A stretch of DNA of 64,000 nt from an uncultured Planctomycetaceae bacterium (GCA_963763045.1 CAVXNL010000019.1:29788-93787), one strand, 5' to 3'; positions 1 through 12,023 are shown, numbered from the stretch's first letter. The notes: generated by a model from the sequence alone, not told the origin. Numbers and translations are program-made.

Positions 1-2
1 TG

Positions 3-128
3 GGGTGGTATCTCGCCCTGGCGGGAACGCGGAGCCATCTGTATCGGTCGATGAACGATCTCACGGCGCTGTTGATGGAAGAGTTACGTAAAATGGAAAA
101 GACCAAGACAATCACTGACGCCAAGTGA
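3..128 (+). CDS. 3' end of an unidentified upstream gene (partial)
   Basis: Frame 3 is open from the window edge to TGA at 126-128 (...LTALLMEELRKMEKTKTITDAK*). No recognisable domain. Confidence 0.25.
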   Translation, partial: GWYLALAGTRSHLYRSMNDLTALLMEELRKMEKTKTITDAK

Positions 129-140
129 AGAGGTGCTTCG

Positions 141-392
141 ATGTCGCGCGATGATATCAATAACTTTCTTCGTGAACGCCCATTTCGTCCTTTCCGGTTG
201 CTCTTGAGCAACGACAAGACTTACGAGATCCGTCACCCCGAACTGGCATTCGCCACACTATCGAGTGTCGTCCTGGGCATTCCAGCGACGAATTCCCCCC
301 AACCGGTAGCGGATTATGCCGTCCACGTCTCGTTGATGCACGTCGTACAAATAGAGCACATCGCTGCAACCCCCACCGCTTCGGCCGGTTAA
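141..392 (+). CDS. hypothetical small protein (83 aa)
   Basis: ATG-initiated ORF in the gap before sucD. No recognisable motif. Confidence 0.25.
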   Translation: MSRDDINNFLRERPFRPFRLLLSNDKTYEIRHPELAFATLSSVVLGIPATNSPQPVADYAVHVSLMHVVQIEHIAATPTASAG

Positions 393-418
393 CTGGACTC
401 CTCAAGGAACGATCCGCA

Positions 419-1295
<877 letters not shown>

Positions 1296-1401
1296 CCCTG
1301 TGGGGCTTTGCCACGAAATTGAAGTCGCCGACCGAGGAATAAGGACTTACGGCGAATCTCCGACCGAGGAATAAGGACTTACGGCGACGCAGCTGCAATT
1401 C

Positions 1402-1722
1402 ATGGCAAAGCCACCCTGTAGCGTCGATGCGGGGTTGTGCTACACTGAAAGCGCCTGGCTGAACGAGGGCGATCCAATGGACGAAACGAAACTTCTGGAA
1501 CGCATCACCGCCAACCCCGACATCTTCGGCGGCAAACCGATCATCCGCGGACACAGATTAGCGGTCGAACATATCTTGCGCATGCTCGCTCTCGGCGACA
1601 CACCGGAGACTCTCCTGGAAGGGTATCCGTGGTTGGAACGCGAGGACATTCAAGCCTGTCAGCTCTACGCCGCTCGCGTTGTCGGTCGGGAGCGCGTGGA
1701 GCCCCTTCTTGCGACGAAGTGA
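1402..1722 (+). CDS. DUF433-family protein (putative antitoxin); the real start is probably the internal Met at 1477
   Basis: ITANPDIFGGKPIIRGHRLAVEHILRMLALGDTPETLLEGYPWLEREDIQACQLYAA is a typical DUF433 sequence. It pairs with the DUF5615 gene 90 nt downstream. Confidence 0.7.
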   Translation: MAKPPCSVDAGLCYTESAWLNEGDPMDETKLLERITANPDIFGGKPIIRGHRLAVEHILRMLALGDTPETLLEGYPWLEREDIQACQLYAARVVGRERVEPLLATK

Positions 1723-1811
1723 CCAATCGATCAAATCAACGGCAGTTCCATCCGATCAGCCACAGAGACATCGTCGGGCAGACTAATAACACCCGTCAGG
1801 AGGCGTGACCC

Positions 1812-2170
1812 ATGAAGGTGCTGCTGGACACGTGCGTCTGGGGCGGCAGTCGTGCGGTCATCGCAGCCGCCGGGCATGACGTGGTCGAAACGGCCGACTA
1901 CTGGTCCGATGACCCCGGCGATCACATCATCCTCGCGCGGGCAAAGGCCGAGGATCGCGTCCTCGTGACATTGGACAAGGATTTCGGCGAGCTGATTTTC
2001 GCGGAGGATCTGCCCCACTGTGGCGTAATCCGTTTGTCCGATGTCAGCGCGAACAACACGGGCCGGTTTGTATTCAGGTGCTGGCCGCGTATGAGGCCGA
2101 GTTGCGAGCGGGCGCCGTGATCGTGGCCAGCCCCGGTCGAGTCCGTCTCCGCATGCCCGATGTCCCTTGA
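1812..2170 (+). CDS. DUF5615 (Mut7-C / PIN-like) putative toxin, frameshifted near nt 2070
   Basis: MKVLLDTCVWGG...VLVTLDKDFGELIF...GVIRL matches the DUF5615 N-terminus. After a frame shift the C-terminus reads QVLAAYEAELRAGAVIVASPGRVRLRMPDVP*. Confidence 0.65.
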
Positions 2171-2204
2171 AGCAATACCGCGCATATTCCGCGCGTCCGC
2201 CTCG

Positions 2205-5200
2205 CTACTTCGGCATGTGCCGCAGCCGAAAATCCTCCGCGATCAGGTCGATGATCCCCGTCCGCGGATCGACGCGCAGCGTGTGGAACGGCTCCGTCAT
2301 CTTCGGCACATCGTCGCGGCTGTAGAGCGTCTTCCCCGTGGTCTTGTCGATGACGCGAATGCGCTGCGTCACCTGCGGCATTCCGTTGGGCTGGTTCCTG
2401 GTTATCCTTGACGCACAGATTACGATCGGCAGGTCCGCAAAGCGATCGAACAGGATTGCCTGACCCGGCAGGTTCGCAAACCAGCGGCGCTTGCCGGTGG
2501 CGCGGTCGAAGGCATATACCCAGCCGTTAACGTCAACGGAGGTAAGCTCGACCTGGAACAACGCCGTCGTGGTTCCATCGGATTCGCGCGGTGCCTCCCG
2601 AACCAGCGCCAGGTAAGAGTTTGCCGAGTCGCCGAACAGGACCGTGGACTTGAGCTGCTCCAAATGCTTCGGCTCGACGTGCGTCTTTAGGAGCTCGCGA
2701 CGGGCGGCGAGGTCGAACACCGTCACATCGCCCTTCGGCGTCACCACGGCCACGAGATGAGGCTGCTCGGAATAACCGATGGTCGAGCCGGCCGGCATCC
2801 GCTGGTGCCAAACATCCTTCCCGGTCAGCACATCGTAAAGCCGCAAGTGCAGATCGTCGCCGCTGTCCTGCACCAGGATGCGGCCGTCGATTGTACGCAC
2901 CTTGCGGTGATAGGCTTCCAGGGCCCCGTCCGGAACGGGCACGCGACCCCGTCCGCCGTTCTCGCGCACGGATGCGCTTCAAAGTGCCATTGCGATTCCG
3001 TTCGACCTGGAACAGGTGGGTGCGATCACGGAAAGTGCCTGCGAACGTCGGCCAATCGGACCGTTGCCAGCGGACTGCGCCCGTGGCGGTATCGAGCGCC
3101 GACTAGGCCGCTCTTAGTTTCCACAAAGACGCCCTGGAGGTCCGGCGCATCGACCATGCCGACGGCAATTGGCTCGCCATCTGGTTGGAAAATCCCGGCG
3201 CCCACGGACGTGCCGTGTGCCAGGTTTGGGAGATTCAACTCGCCGGATATGCCGTCCGCCAAGTTGCGGAACCAGCATATGCGGCGCTCCACCACATCGA
3301 CGCCGAGAACTATCGGGCCGGCGCAAACGACCACGATATGTCCGATGTTCCACTGGGTACAAATGTACGGCAACGTGGGGGAACGGAGAACGGCGTCAAG
3401 CCCACTCGGAAGGCGCACCTCCAAAATTCGACTTCGGCCATGCGGTGCAGCACGCGCAGACGAGAAGCGGCACCGTCGAGTACAAAGCGGAGGTCGTTAC
3501 TGGAGGGCAGCAGGGTAGTCGTGCGGAGATAAGGCGTCTGCTCCCCCATGTACAAATCGGCGAATGGGCTAAATCCGTCGGGCAAGACGACGTTGCGCGC
3601 CGGGAAGCGGCCCTTCGATTCCGTAACTTCCAGGGATCGCCCCTGCCACGCCGGCACCACGGTTTCCAGGTACGGCAAGAAACGCTTGTCCGCGGCCAGC
3701 CTGGCGAGCGGTGCGCCGTTGCCGAACTCGCGCCAGTTTGCGGTAACACGCCGTCGCATCTTCGACCAGGCCGCGTTTCGTCAGCACCTGGGCGCGGGCC
3801 TCCAGCGCTCGCGCCGCCATCTCACGGTCGCCCTCCTGCTCCAGGGTTTGCAATTCGAGCAGTCCGGCCAGCACCAGACGCCGGTCCTCGCCGTCGGCCA
3901 GCCGCATCGCCAACTTCAGACGCACTTCGCGCCCGCGGCTCCCTCGGCTCCAGGCACCGCACCGAACAGCGCGGCGAAGCGCGTTCAGGGCGGCAACATC
4001 ATCAGCCGGCAGCGCCTTCGCCTCGCGCTCGATCTCGATGCGTAGTGCCGCTCGTTGTTCCGGCGTGGCACGGGCCAGCATCTCGGCGACGTGGCTGCGC
4101 ACCCACAGGTCGGGACGCACCTGCACGGCGGGGTCGTCCGGCAGGGCCAGCAAATCGCCGCCGAGCGTGGCGTCGTACAGGTCGCGGTAAGCGCGGACGG
4201 CATCGCTCAGGCGGCCCTGTTTCTCTCGACCGCGGGCCAGCACGGCGAAATAGCTAGCCTGGCGACGACGTTCTTCCGCCTTTGCACGCAGCCGATCCGC
4301 CAGTGCGGGGTTCGACGGCAGTGCGATCTTGCAAAGCGCGCGATACTCGTCGAGGTATTTCTCCCCCGCCGCGAAGTCGCTTTGCAGCAGCCGCGTCAGG
4401 GCGGTGTAGAGCAGGATCCGCGACCGCTCCGCCAACTCGGTTTCCTTTGCGCCGGCCAACACGGTCCGCAGATCGACGACGGCCATTGCTGCCTCGCCCT
4501 TTTCGAGCAGCAGTTGACCGCGTTCCAGCCGGGCCGACAGGTCGCCGGGCGTGCGTTTCAGAATCTCTTCGATGCGGCCAGCTTGGTGGCGAGCTGCGGA
4601 TAGGCCGTCACGCCGCCGTCGTCCTGCGACCACAGATCGCCGCCGTGGAATATCAGGTTGCCCTTCGCTTCGCCCTTCCGGCAATCGAGACGGGTCTGCC
4701 GCTCCGGCTTCTCAGGATCGAGGACCAAAACGCCGGTGTCGCGCAACGGCAGGTAGTAGCGGTTGCCGCAGAAGGTGCCGAGGCCGGCCGGTTCGGGGAT
4801 CGCCTGCTGCCACAGTTGCTCGCCCTTGTCGAGACTCAGCGCCCGGCACAACGTCCGGCCGACAATCAGCACCCGGCCGTTCTGCACGCCGCCGACGTAC
4901 AGGTCATCGTCGGTCCGGGCGCTCTTCCAGATCAGCAACCCGTCGCGCAGGTTGAGACAGCGGATCGAATCGGCGTCCGGGGCCGCGTAGACGATCCGGT
5001 CGCCGGTCAGGATCGGAGCGGTGTGCTTGAAGCCCTGCGTGAAGGTTTCCTGCGGGATCTGGCGGAGCACTATTTCCTCGCCAGGCGGCGGCGTGGGCTG
5101 CGCGCGATCGCGGTAGGCGTGCGCCAGAGCAGGCTGCGCGACAGCAGATCGAAGCCGATCAGCGCGCCGGCGTTGGTCGGACAGACGAGAACGCCGTCGC

Positions 5201-6807
5201 GGAAGGCCAGATGCACGGCGTGAATCCGGCGCGGCACGTCCAGCAGCAATTTGGTGCGCATGGTTGCCAGCGGCTGTGTCCACAGAAGCGTGCCCCGGTC
5301 GGCGTTGAGGCACAGGAGCCGTAAGTCCGATTGCTTATCGACCAGGACGTAGAGTGCGCCGCCCAGCGGCAGAGGCGGGCCGAGGAAATAGGCGTCGGCC
5401 AGCTCGGCGGGAACGCTGCCGGGTCGGCCGCCGATTTCCCAGACGACTTTCCCGGTGGCCAGGTCGAGAGCGCGAAGCCGATTGTGGTGAATGAGATTGC
5501 GCAGCGGACCGAAGTGGCGCGGCATCCCCGACTGCTGCTCCTCGATCATCTGCGGCGGCGGCGGCAGCGGCAGGTCCTCGACCGCGTAAACGTGTTTGCC
5601 GTCGCAGCTCAAGGTGCCGAGGGCGGAGTTCTGCATCAAGACGGCCTGGGCGCCGATGGCCCGGTATTTCCCCAGCCAGTCCTCGACCTGCACCTTCTGG
5701 CCGGGGTCGCGCAAGACCCCTTCGAGGCTAAGCCCAAGGTCGGCGCGCCAGACTTCACGGCCGGTGTTGGTGTCAAGGGCGCGAACGCCGCCGGGGCCGC
5801 GGAACACCAGGCGATTGCCGGCGGCGACAGGAACGTTGACCGGGAGCAGCGCGGCCTGCCCGATGGGCCGGCCGCGGCGGAGCCACTCCACGCTCTCCTT
5901 GTCGCCGGAGGCGACACCAGCTGCGCGAATCAAGCAACGGCACATCGCCTTCACCCCGGCCGGTCCGCGCCGCCGTGCCGCGAAAGAGCGGCCAATCGGC
6001 AGTGCGATCGCGCTCGGCGACCGGCAAGTCGATCCCACGCCGTAGCTGCTCAATGGGATATGTCTTCTCTCCCAGCTTCAACCCCGCCATGCCGACGCGC
6101 CGGCTGAGCGCATTCCACGTCTGTTCGGCGCACTCGGCGTCGCCGGCGGCCTGGAAGGCAAGGGCGGCCTTGAACAGGGTGAGCGGCGGTGGACGATCGG
6201 GGCTGTTTTGCTGAAGCAGCCGCTGGAAGCAGACGGCGGCAAGATCGAAACGGCCGCGGTCGAGATGCAGCGCGCCGAGCAGCGTCAGCCCTTCGCGGCC
6301 AGCGCTGGTGTATCCATAACGGCGGACCAGGTCATCCAGCGCGGCGAGGTCGTTGGCAGCGCGAGCGTCCCGCAATTGTTTGCGGGCCAGCTCGTTGTAC
6401 GTGGCCTCGTAATATTTTTTACCGTCGTCGGGCAATGTGGCGACCAGCCGTTCCGCCTCGGCACGCGTGCTGGTCCAACGCTCGGACGGTTTGCCGGTTC
6501 GCTCCTCTTGAGTCTGGCGAAAGAACGAATCTTCGCGGGCATCGAGAACGGACTGGAGCAGTTTGACGCTTTGGTCCCAGTCGGCGTCCCCGATGTAATC
6601 GCGGGCAGCGCTAAGCTTGTTGCGCAGAGTTGAATCGGTCGGGAGGATGAACAAGTCACCTGTCGTGAGCAGTGGCCGGGACGATTCCGATGCAGGCGGC
6701 GGAACATACACAACTCGCGGTTGAAGCGCACTGGCGTGGGCGGCGAACCCCAGCGCGGTTGCCAACGTGCAGGGGAGGATCCAGTTCCGGTGCCGATCCG
6801 ATGACAT
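2205..6807 (-). CDS. giant secreted protein (~1530 aa) with N-terminal TPR-like helical repeats and C-terminal PQQ-like beta-propeller repeats; multiple frameshifts
   Basis: Start is MSSDRHRNWILPCTLATALGFAAHASA (signal peptide), with ATG at 6805-6807 preceded by GGAGGAA. Five consecutive minus-strand ORFs overlap end to end (5773-6942, 5070-6053, 4558-5313, 3569-4684, 2205-2969). The C-terminal pieces carry beta-propeller-like motifs (WVYAFDRATGKRRW, VIDKTTGKTLYS). Confidence 0.65.
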
Positions 6808-7110
6808 GATGTTCCTCCCCGCTTGTCTACCGGCGAACCGGCTGCGTCCACGGCCGGGTTTGACACTCGCAGGTGAAGGTTCATTATGTCCGAGGGGAGG
6901 AAAAAGAGCAAAGGGGATTGGCGAGGGACCGGTCCAGTGCATGGTTAGCCCGACGCGCCAGCGAGGGTTGCTGCGGAAAACCCTCGCTGGCGCGTCGGGC
7001 TAACTCCGCGATGCCGTCGTGTGGCCGGGACTGAGGGACTCAGCCCCGGCCACCCCGAAGCCGTACACTACTTTTACGACCATCAATAAACACTACAAGG
7101 AGGTCCCGCC

Positions 7111-8588
7111 ATGCCTCGCCGCGTTCTCGGCCTCTTCACGATCTTCTTGGTCATCGGCATCTTCCCCCTCACTTCATCGGCGCCCGCCGAAAAACCCGCC
7201 GCGCCGCTTCGAGTCGGTTTCGGCGAGGCCGAGTCATCGGCGCCCGCCGAAAAACCCGCCGCGCCGCTTCGAGTCGGTTTCGGCGAGGCCGAGATCACGC
7301 CAAAGGTCGGCGGCGACAAGCCGGTATACGTCGCTGGTTTCGGCTCGAATCGGAAGGCGACCGGCGTTCACGATCCGCTCATGGCCCGCGCCGTCGTCCT
7401 CCAGCACGGCTCGCAGAAGGTGGCCATCGTGGCGCTCGATCTCGTGGGCTTCTTCCTTCCCAACGTGGAGCGCGTCCGCAAGGCCCTGCCGGGTTTCAGC
7501 TATGTCATGGTCAACAGCACACACAACCATGAGGGGCCGGATACCCTCGGACTCTGGGGGCCGACACCGTTTCAGAGCGGCGTCGATCCCGTTTACGTCG
7601 CCTTCGTCGAGAAGCAAATCGTCGCCGCCATCAAGGCCGCGGAAACGGCGCTGAATCCGGCCAAAGCTCGGATCGGTTCCATCAAAGCTCCGGAACTGCT
7701 CCACGACGGCCGGGAGCCATACGTCAAGCACGATGACCTCGTGGTCCTGGAGTTCCGCGACGGCGACAAGACCACGGGCCTGGTCGTGCAATGGAACTGC
7801 CATCCCGAGACGCTCGACAGCAAGAACACGCTCCTCAGCGCCGATTACGTCGGCTACACCGTCAAGCATCTCAAGGAGAAATACCGCTGTCCCGTCGTCT
7901 ACCTGACCGGCACCGTCGGCGGACTGATGACCTCGCTGAAAGTCGAGATCAAGGACGCCTCGGGCAAACCGCTGGCGGACGGCACCTACGAGAAAACGGA
8001 GCGCTACGGCGTGCTGCTCGGCGAAGCGGCGGAAAAGGCGATCAAAGCAGCGAAACCGATCGAGCTGACGCCGCTGGAAGTGCGGACACGATCGCTGTTC
8101 CTGCCGATCGAGAATAAACTCTATCTCGCGGCCCGGCAGTTCGGCGTCTTCGACCGTCCGGGTTACCTCTGGACCGGCAACCCCGACAAGGCTGAACCGG
8201 AGAAGAACCCCGATCCCGAGAAGCGACTGTGCCTGCGCACCGAAATCGCGCTGCTCCGTCTCGGCGAGTTGGACGTGGCGGCGATTCCCGGCGAGATCTA
8301 TCCCGAGCTGGTGCTGAGCAAGGTGCAGGATCCGGTGGACCCCGGCGCCGACTTTCCCGACGCCCCGATCGAGCCGGGCATCTACGCCCAGCTGCGCGGC
8401 CCACATCGCATGATGATCGGCCTGGCGAACGACGAGATCGGCTACATCATCCCGAAGCGCCAATGGGACGAGAAGCCGCCGTTCTGTTACGGACGGAAGA
8501 AGCGCAATATGGCGAGGTGAACAGTCTCGGATCGGATACGGCGCCGCTGATCTGTGAGGCGTTCAAGAAACTTGCGGCAGTGAAATAG
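7111..8588 (+). CDS. neutral/alkaline ceramidase-like hydrolase (secreted), C-terminal frameshift near nt 8490; contains a perfect 60-bp tandem duplication
   Basis: Signal peptide MPRRVLGLFTIFLVIGIFPLTSSA. The body is ceramidase-N-domain-like (GFGSNRKATGVHDPLMARAVVL, NSTHNHEGPD, DDLVVLEFRDGD). The last 35 aa continue in the frame of ORF 8229-8588 (...EEAQYGEVNSLGSDTAPLICEAFKKLAAVK*). Confidence 0.65.
7174..7293 (+). repeat. perfect 60-bp x2 tandem direct repeat inside the ceramidase-like CDS, encoding SSAPAEKPAAPLRVGFGEAE twice
   Basis: Two identical copies of tcatcggcgcccgccgaaaaacccgccgcgccgcttcgagtcggtttcggcgaggccgag lie back to back. Confidence 0.9.
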
Positions 8589-8663
8589 ACAGGGAGACAG
8601 GGAGACAACGAGACTCGTCTGTCTCCCTGTCTCCCTGTCTCCCTGTCCCCTGTCTTATTTTTG
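8589..8663. terminator. bidirectional intrinsic-terminator-like hairpin between convergent genes
   Basis: GACAGGGAGACAGGGAGACAACGAG / CTCGTCTGTCTCCCTGTCTCCCTGTC form a perfect ~25-bp stem followed by TTATTTTTG. It sits just after the ceramidase stop and before the 3' end of the minus-strand gene. Confidence 0.6.
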
Positions 8664-9014
8664 CCCCGGATCGACAATCCGCACCTTCGAAACCGGGCCG
8701 GTCGGAACCGGCTGGGCCAGCGGCGGCGTGTAGGGCCGGGGGATTGGCGCGATCGGCGGCTCGCCGCCGATGCCGTAGGGCGGCAGGGTCGTCGCTCCCG
8801 GCGGCTCCAGGAGCGGGCCTTCGCAAGCCGGTCCGGGGCCTCCTTCGATGACCCGGCCGGAACTGACAGTCGAACATTCGCACGGACAACGAGTGCCGAT
8901 GCCGAGCCGGCTCATCAGCTGCCCGTTGCCAATGCCCATGCCGCAGCCGTTGCAGCCCTGGAGCAAACCCAGACTGGCCGCAACGGCAACGGACGCCAAG
9001 CGGTGACGAAGCAT
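8655..9014 (-). CDS. small secreted Cys/Pro-rich protein (hypothetical)
   Basis: N-terminal signal peptide MLRHRLASVAVAASLGLLQGC, a CPCEC motif and a Pro-rich tail. No known domain. Confidence 0.4.
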   Translation of the reverse strand: MLRHRLASVAVAASLGLLQGCNGCGMGIGNGQLMSRLGIGTRCPCECSTVSSGRVIEGGPGPACEGPLLEPPGATTLPPYGIGGEPPIAPIPRPYTPPLAQPVPTGPVSKVRIVDPGQK

Positions 9015-9309
9015 GTGCGGTTCCTCTAGCTATTCGGTCCCGGACGGATGTGTACGAGACGGGTACCGGCGCCTTGAATCAATTCTGCATAGAGCCGCCG
9101 GGACGAAGCCACCGCCGGCCGCAAAACCGGAGTGGCCCGCCATGTTATCATTCCCCAGGACTGCTGCGGGGGCAAACCGCGACGTGCAATAAAAAAGACC
9201 CACGGGCTTGAGCCAATGGGTCTGGATTGAGTCTCTGTCGTCCCCGGCAGGCCGGGCGCCGGCGGGATAATCGGCAGCGTCGCTTCGCCGCTTGCGGCTA
9301 GGTCTTCTT

Positions 9310-9428
9310 CTCCCCTCTCCCCTGTACTCAGGGGAGAGGGGTCGGGGGTGAGGGGTGCGCAGAACGCTGCGCAGGTGCCCCACCCCTCACCCCCGACCCC
9401 TCTCCCCTGAGTACAGGGGAGAGGGGAG
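9310..9428. repeat. G-rich perfect palindromic repeat element (REP/MITE-like), family copy A
   Basis: The arm CTCCCCTCTCCCCTGTACTCAGGGGAGAGGGGTCGGGGGTGAGGGGTG and its reverse complement flank a palindromic core (tgcgcagaacgctgcgca). The same arm sequence recurs at 18136-18258. Confidence 0.8.
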
Positions 9429-9465
9429 ATTCTGTGTTGCTAGGCCGCATGCGGCGAACGGCGGG

Positions 9466-11107
9466 CTACTTCTTCGCCGTCTTGATCTGCTCGCGCAGGT
9501 AGTCCAGGGCCGCGTCGAGCTGCTTGTCCTTGAATTCCTTGGCCGTCTCCTTCGGCGGCTTGCCGTGGCGGATGATCTCGGCTTCGTGCTGGGCCTCGTC
9601 CAGGTCGTCGCGTTCCTTCGGCGTGAGCTTCACGACCTTGTCGGGCGTGACGCCCCATTCGTCCTCGTCCTTGCCGGTGGTGCTGGACTTGTTCAGGTTC
9701 TTGCCGCTCGGCCGCCAGAACGACGCCGTCGTCAGCTTGATCTCACCGGCGACGCCGGACGCCACTCTGAAGCGTCGAATGTTCTGCACGCTGCCCTTGC
9801 CGTAGCTGCGCTCGCCGACGATGAAGGCCCGCTTGTGGTCCTGCAGGGCCGCCGAGACGATCTCGCTGCCGCTGGCGCTCATGCCGTTGACCATGCAGAC
9901 CATCGGGAAGTCGAGCAGGCTGCCTTCGCGGAAGCCGCTGAATGTCGTCTCCCGGCCGACGCGCGGCCGGATCGACACGATCAGGCCGTCGTCGATGAAC
10001 AGGTCGGAAATCTTCACGGCGGAGTCGAGCAGGCCGCCCGGGTTGAAGCGCAGGTCGAGGACGAAGCCCTTGATGCCCTGCTTGGTCAGCTCCTCCATGA
10101 CGCCTTCATGTCGCGGGCAGCTGTTGCGCTGGAACGACGTCAGGCGGATGTAGCCGATCTTGTTCTTCTGGTCGATCATGTAGTCCCACTCGTCGTCCGC
10201 CTTGCGCTTGAAGCCGAGGACCGACTCGATCTCGATGCGAGCGCGGGTGATCTCGACCGTGATCGGCTTGCCGTCGCGCTCGACGGTCAGCTTCACCTTG
10301 GTGCCGGCCTTGCCCAGGATCTTCTTGACCGCGTCGATGAGGGCAAGCCCTTGGTGTCGATGACCTCGGGCGGATTGAGCGGATTGCCGTTGCTGTCCAC
10401 CTCGCGGATGATCGTGGTGATGATGTCGCCGGCTTCGAGGCCCGCCTTGTAGGCGGGGCTGCCCTTGATCGGCGTCACGACCAGCAGCTGGTCGCTGACG
10501 TTGTCCTTGCGGATCTGGATGCCGATGCCGGTGAAGAAGCCCTGCGTCTCCTGCTTGAAGCGTTCGAGCTGTTCCGGGATCGATGTAGGTCGTGTACGGA
10601 TCGAGGTTGCGCAGCATCGTGCTGCAGCGTGAAGTCGATGTCCTTGTGCTTGTCGAGGTCCTCGCGCTTGCCGAGCAGCTGGCGGACCTCCGCCAGCAGC
10701 ACCGTCAACTTCTCGTCGTCCAGGTCCTTGGCGTTTTTCAGCTTGGCTTCGATCTCCGTCGGCACCGGCTCGTCGATGCGGCGATACAGGCCGCTTGACG
10801 GCCCAGACGACCATCTCCGGCCGGTCACCTTCTTGATGTGCTTTTCCTTGATGAGCTCGACGACCTCCATGATCTTGTTGGCATACTTGGTCGGCCTCGA
10901 TCGCACTCAGCTTGGTCTCGTCGAGGATGGCATCGCGGTGCGTCTTTCAGGCCGTCGAGCGTGATCTTGCCGTCCACGAAGGCCTGGTATTCCTTGCGCA
11001 GCTCGCGGCGGCTCTCCAGTTTGGGCATACGATCGAGAAGAGTTCGGCCTTCCTCGGCGAGGGCGGCCGGGACCTTCCCGTCGATGGCCCATTTTGGCCA
11101 GGGTGCT
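9466..11107 (-). CDS. C-terminal processing (tail-specific) peptidase, S41 family with PDZ domain; several frameshifts; no own start codon or signal peptide, possibly fused to the upstream caspase-like ORF
   Basis: Pieces across overlapping minus-strand frames are Ctp-like: YANKIMEVVELIKEKHIKKVTG, FFTGIGIQIRKDNVSDQLLVVTPIKGSPAYKAGLEAGDIITTI (PDZ), GFVLDLRFNPGGLLDSAVKISDLF, and MVCMVNGMSASGSEIVSAALQDHKRAFIVGERSYGKGSVQ (catalytic Ser/Lys region). Confidence 0.85.
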
Positions 11108-12023
11108 CAGCCGCTCCAGCCGCTTCGGGCGGCGGCGGGATTGGTCGTCAGGACGTAATGGCTGCCGCGGCCGAGGACGAAGTGCTGCTGCTGTCTTCTC
11201 CTCGGTCGTCTTGCCGTACTTGCGGGCCAGCTCGCGGCAGGTTCTTGTCGAGGTAGGTGGTCAGCTCGTCGACCGTGACGACGCCGTCCGGCTCCGTAGC
11301 CTTCCTTGTCGGCCGCGCCCTTCAGGCCGTCGAGGAGCACCTGGGTGAACAGGCCGTGCTTCTCGAGGTCGAGGGAGGTGTACAGGCCGTTGGTGGCGAG
11401 GAACAGCGACGCGGCCGGGGATGGAGAGGTGGTCGTCGCTGCCGTCGTCGCCGAGGAATTCCTTGTACGGAGCATCGCCCAGGCTCGGCTCGGTGATGGC
11501 CGCCTTGCCGGTGAAGCCCTTGAAGTCCACGTCCAGAAACGCGCAGAAGTGCTGGCCTTGAGGTTCTTCAGGATGTCGCCGATCTCGGCGGCGGCGACGG
11601 CGTCCTTCTCCCGGCCCTCGAAGGTGGAATCGGCGGCGAGGTAGCAGCGGCGGTCGCCGGCATCGCCGAGCGGAGCCGCCGTTGCCGATGAAGGCGAAGA
11701 GGACCAGGTCCTGACTGTTGGCTTTCGCAACAACGCCATTCAGCGTCTTGAGGATGTTCTCGCGGGTGGCGTCGGCTCCGACGAGCAGATCGGCGTTGGT
11801 CTTCTCGACACTGAGATATTGCTTGTCGGTGAGGACCTCGAACAAGGCCCGGGCGTCTTCCTCCGCGAGGGGCCGTTGTTTGATCTGATCGTCCTTGTAC
11901 TTGCCGATGCCGACGACCACCACGTAGGTCTTCGGTGCGGCTTTTTCCTCCGCGCGCGCGGGAGAAGAACGACCAGGGCGGCCACAGGACGCCCAGGTAT
12001 CGCAAACTCTTCGCCATGGCCAT
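11107..12023 (-). CDS. secreted caspase-like (peptidase C14) domain protein with degenerate catalytic dyad; frameshifted
   Basis: Signal peptide MAKSLRYLGVLWPPWSFF, then KTYVVVVGIGKYKDDQIKQRPLAEEDARALFEVLTDKQYLSVEKTNADLLVGADATRENILKTLNGVVAKANSQDLVLFAFIGNGGS. This matches the C14 fold, but Asn replaces the catalytic His of the SGHG motif and the Cys motif region reads FCAFLDVDFKGF, with no D-A-C-x-S-G motif. Confidence 0.55.

Noticed and set aside
2205-6807. Annotating frameshifted genes as pseudogenes
   Set aside because: The frameshift density is far too high and affects essential housekeeping genes (sucD, ctp, nuoF). It is more parsimoniously sequence error.
9030-9383. ORFs encoding ...TPHPRPLSPEYRGEG... 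(also 9355-10452, 18096-18464, 18120-18344)
   Set aside because: These are translations of the palindromic G-rich repeat elements. The same peptide appears on both strands because the DNA is palindromic.
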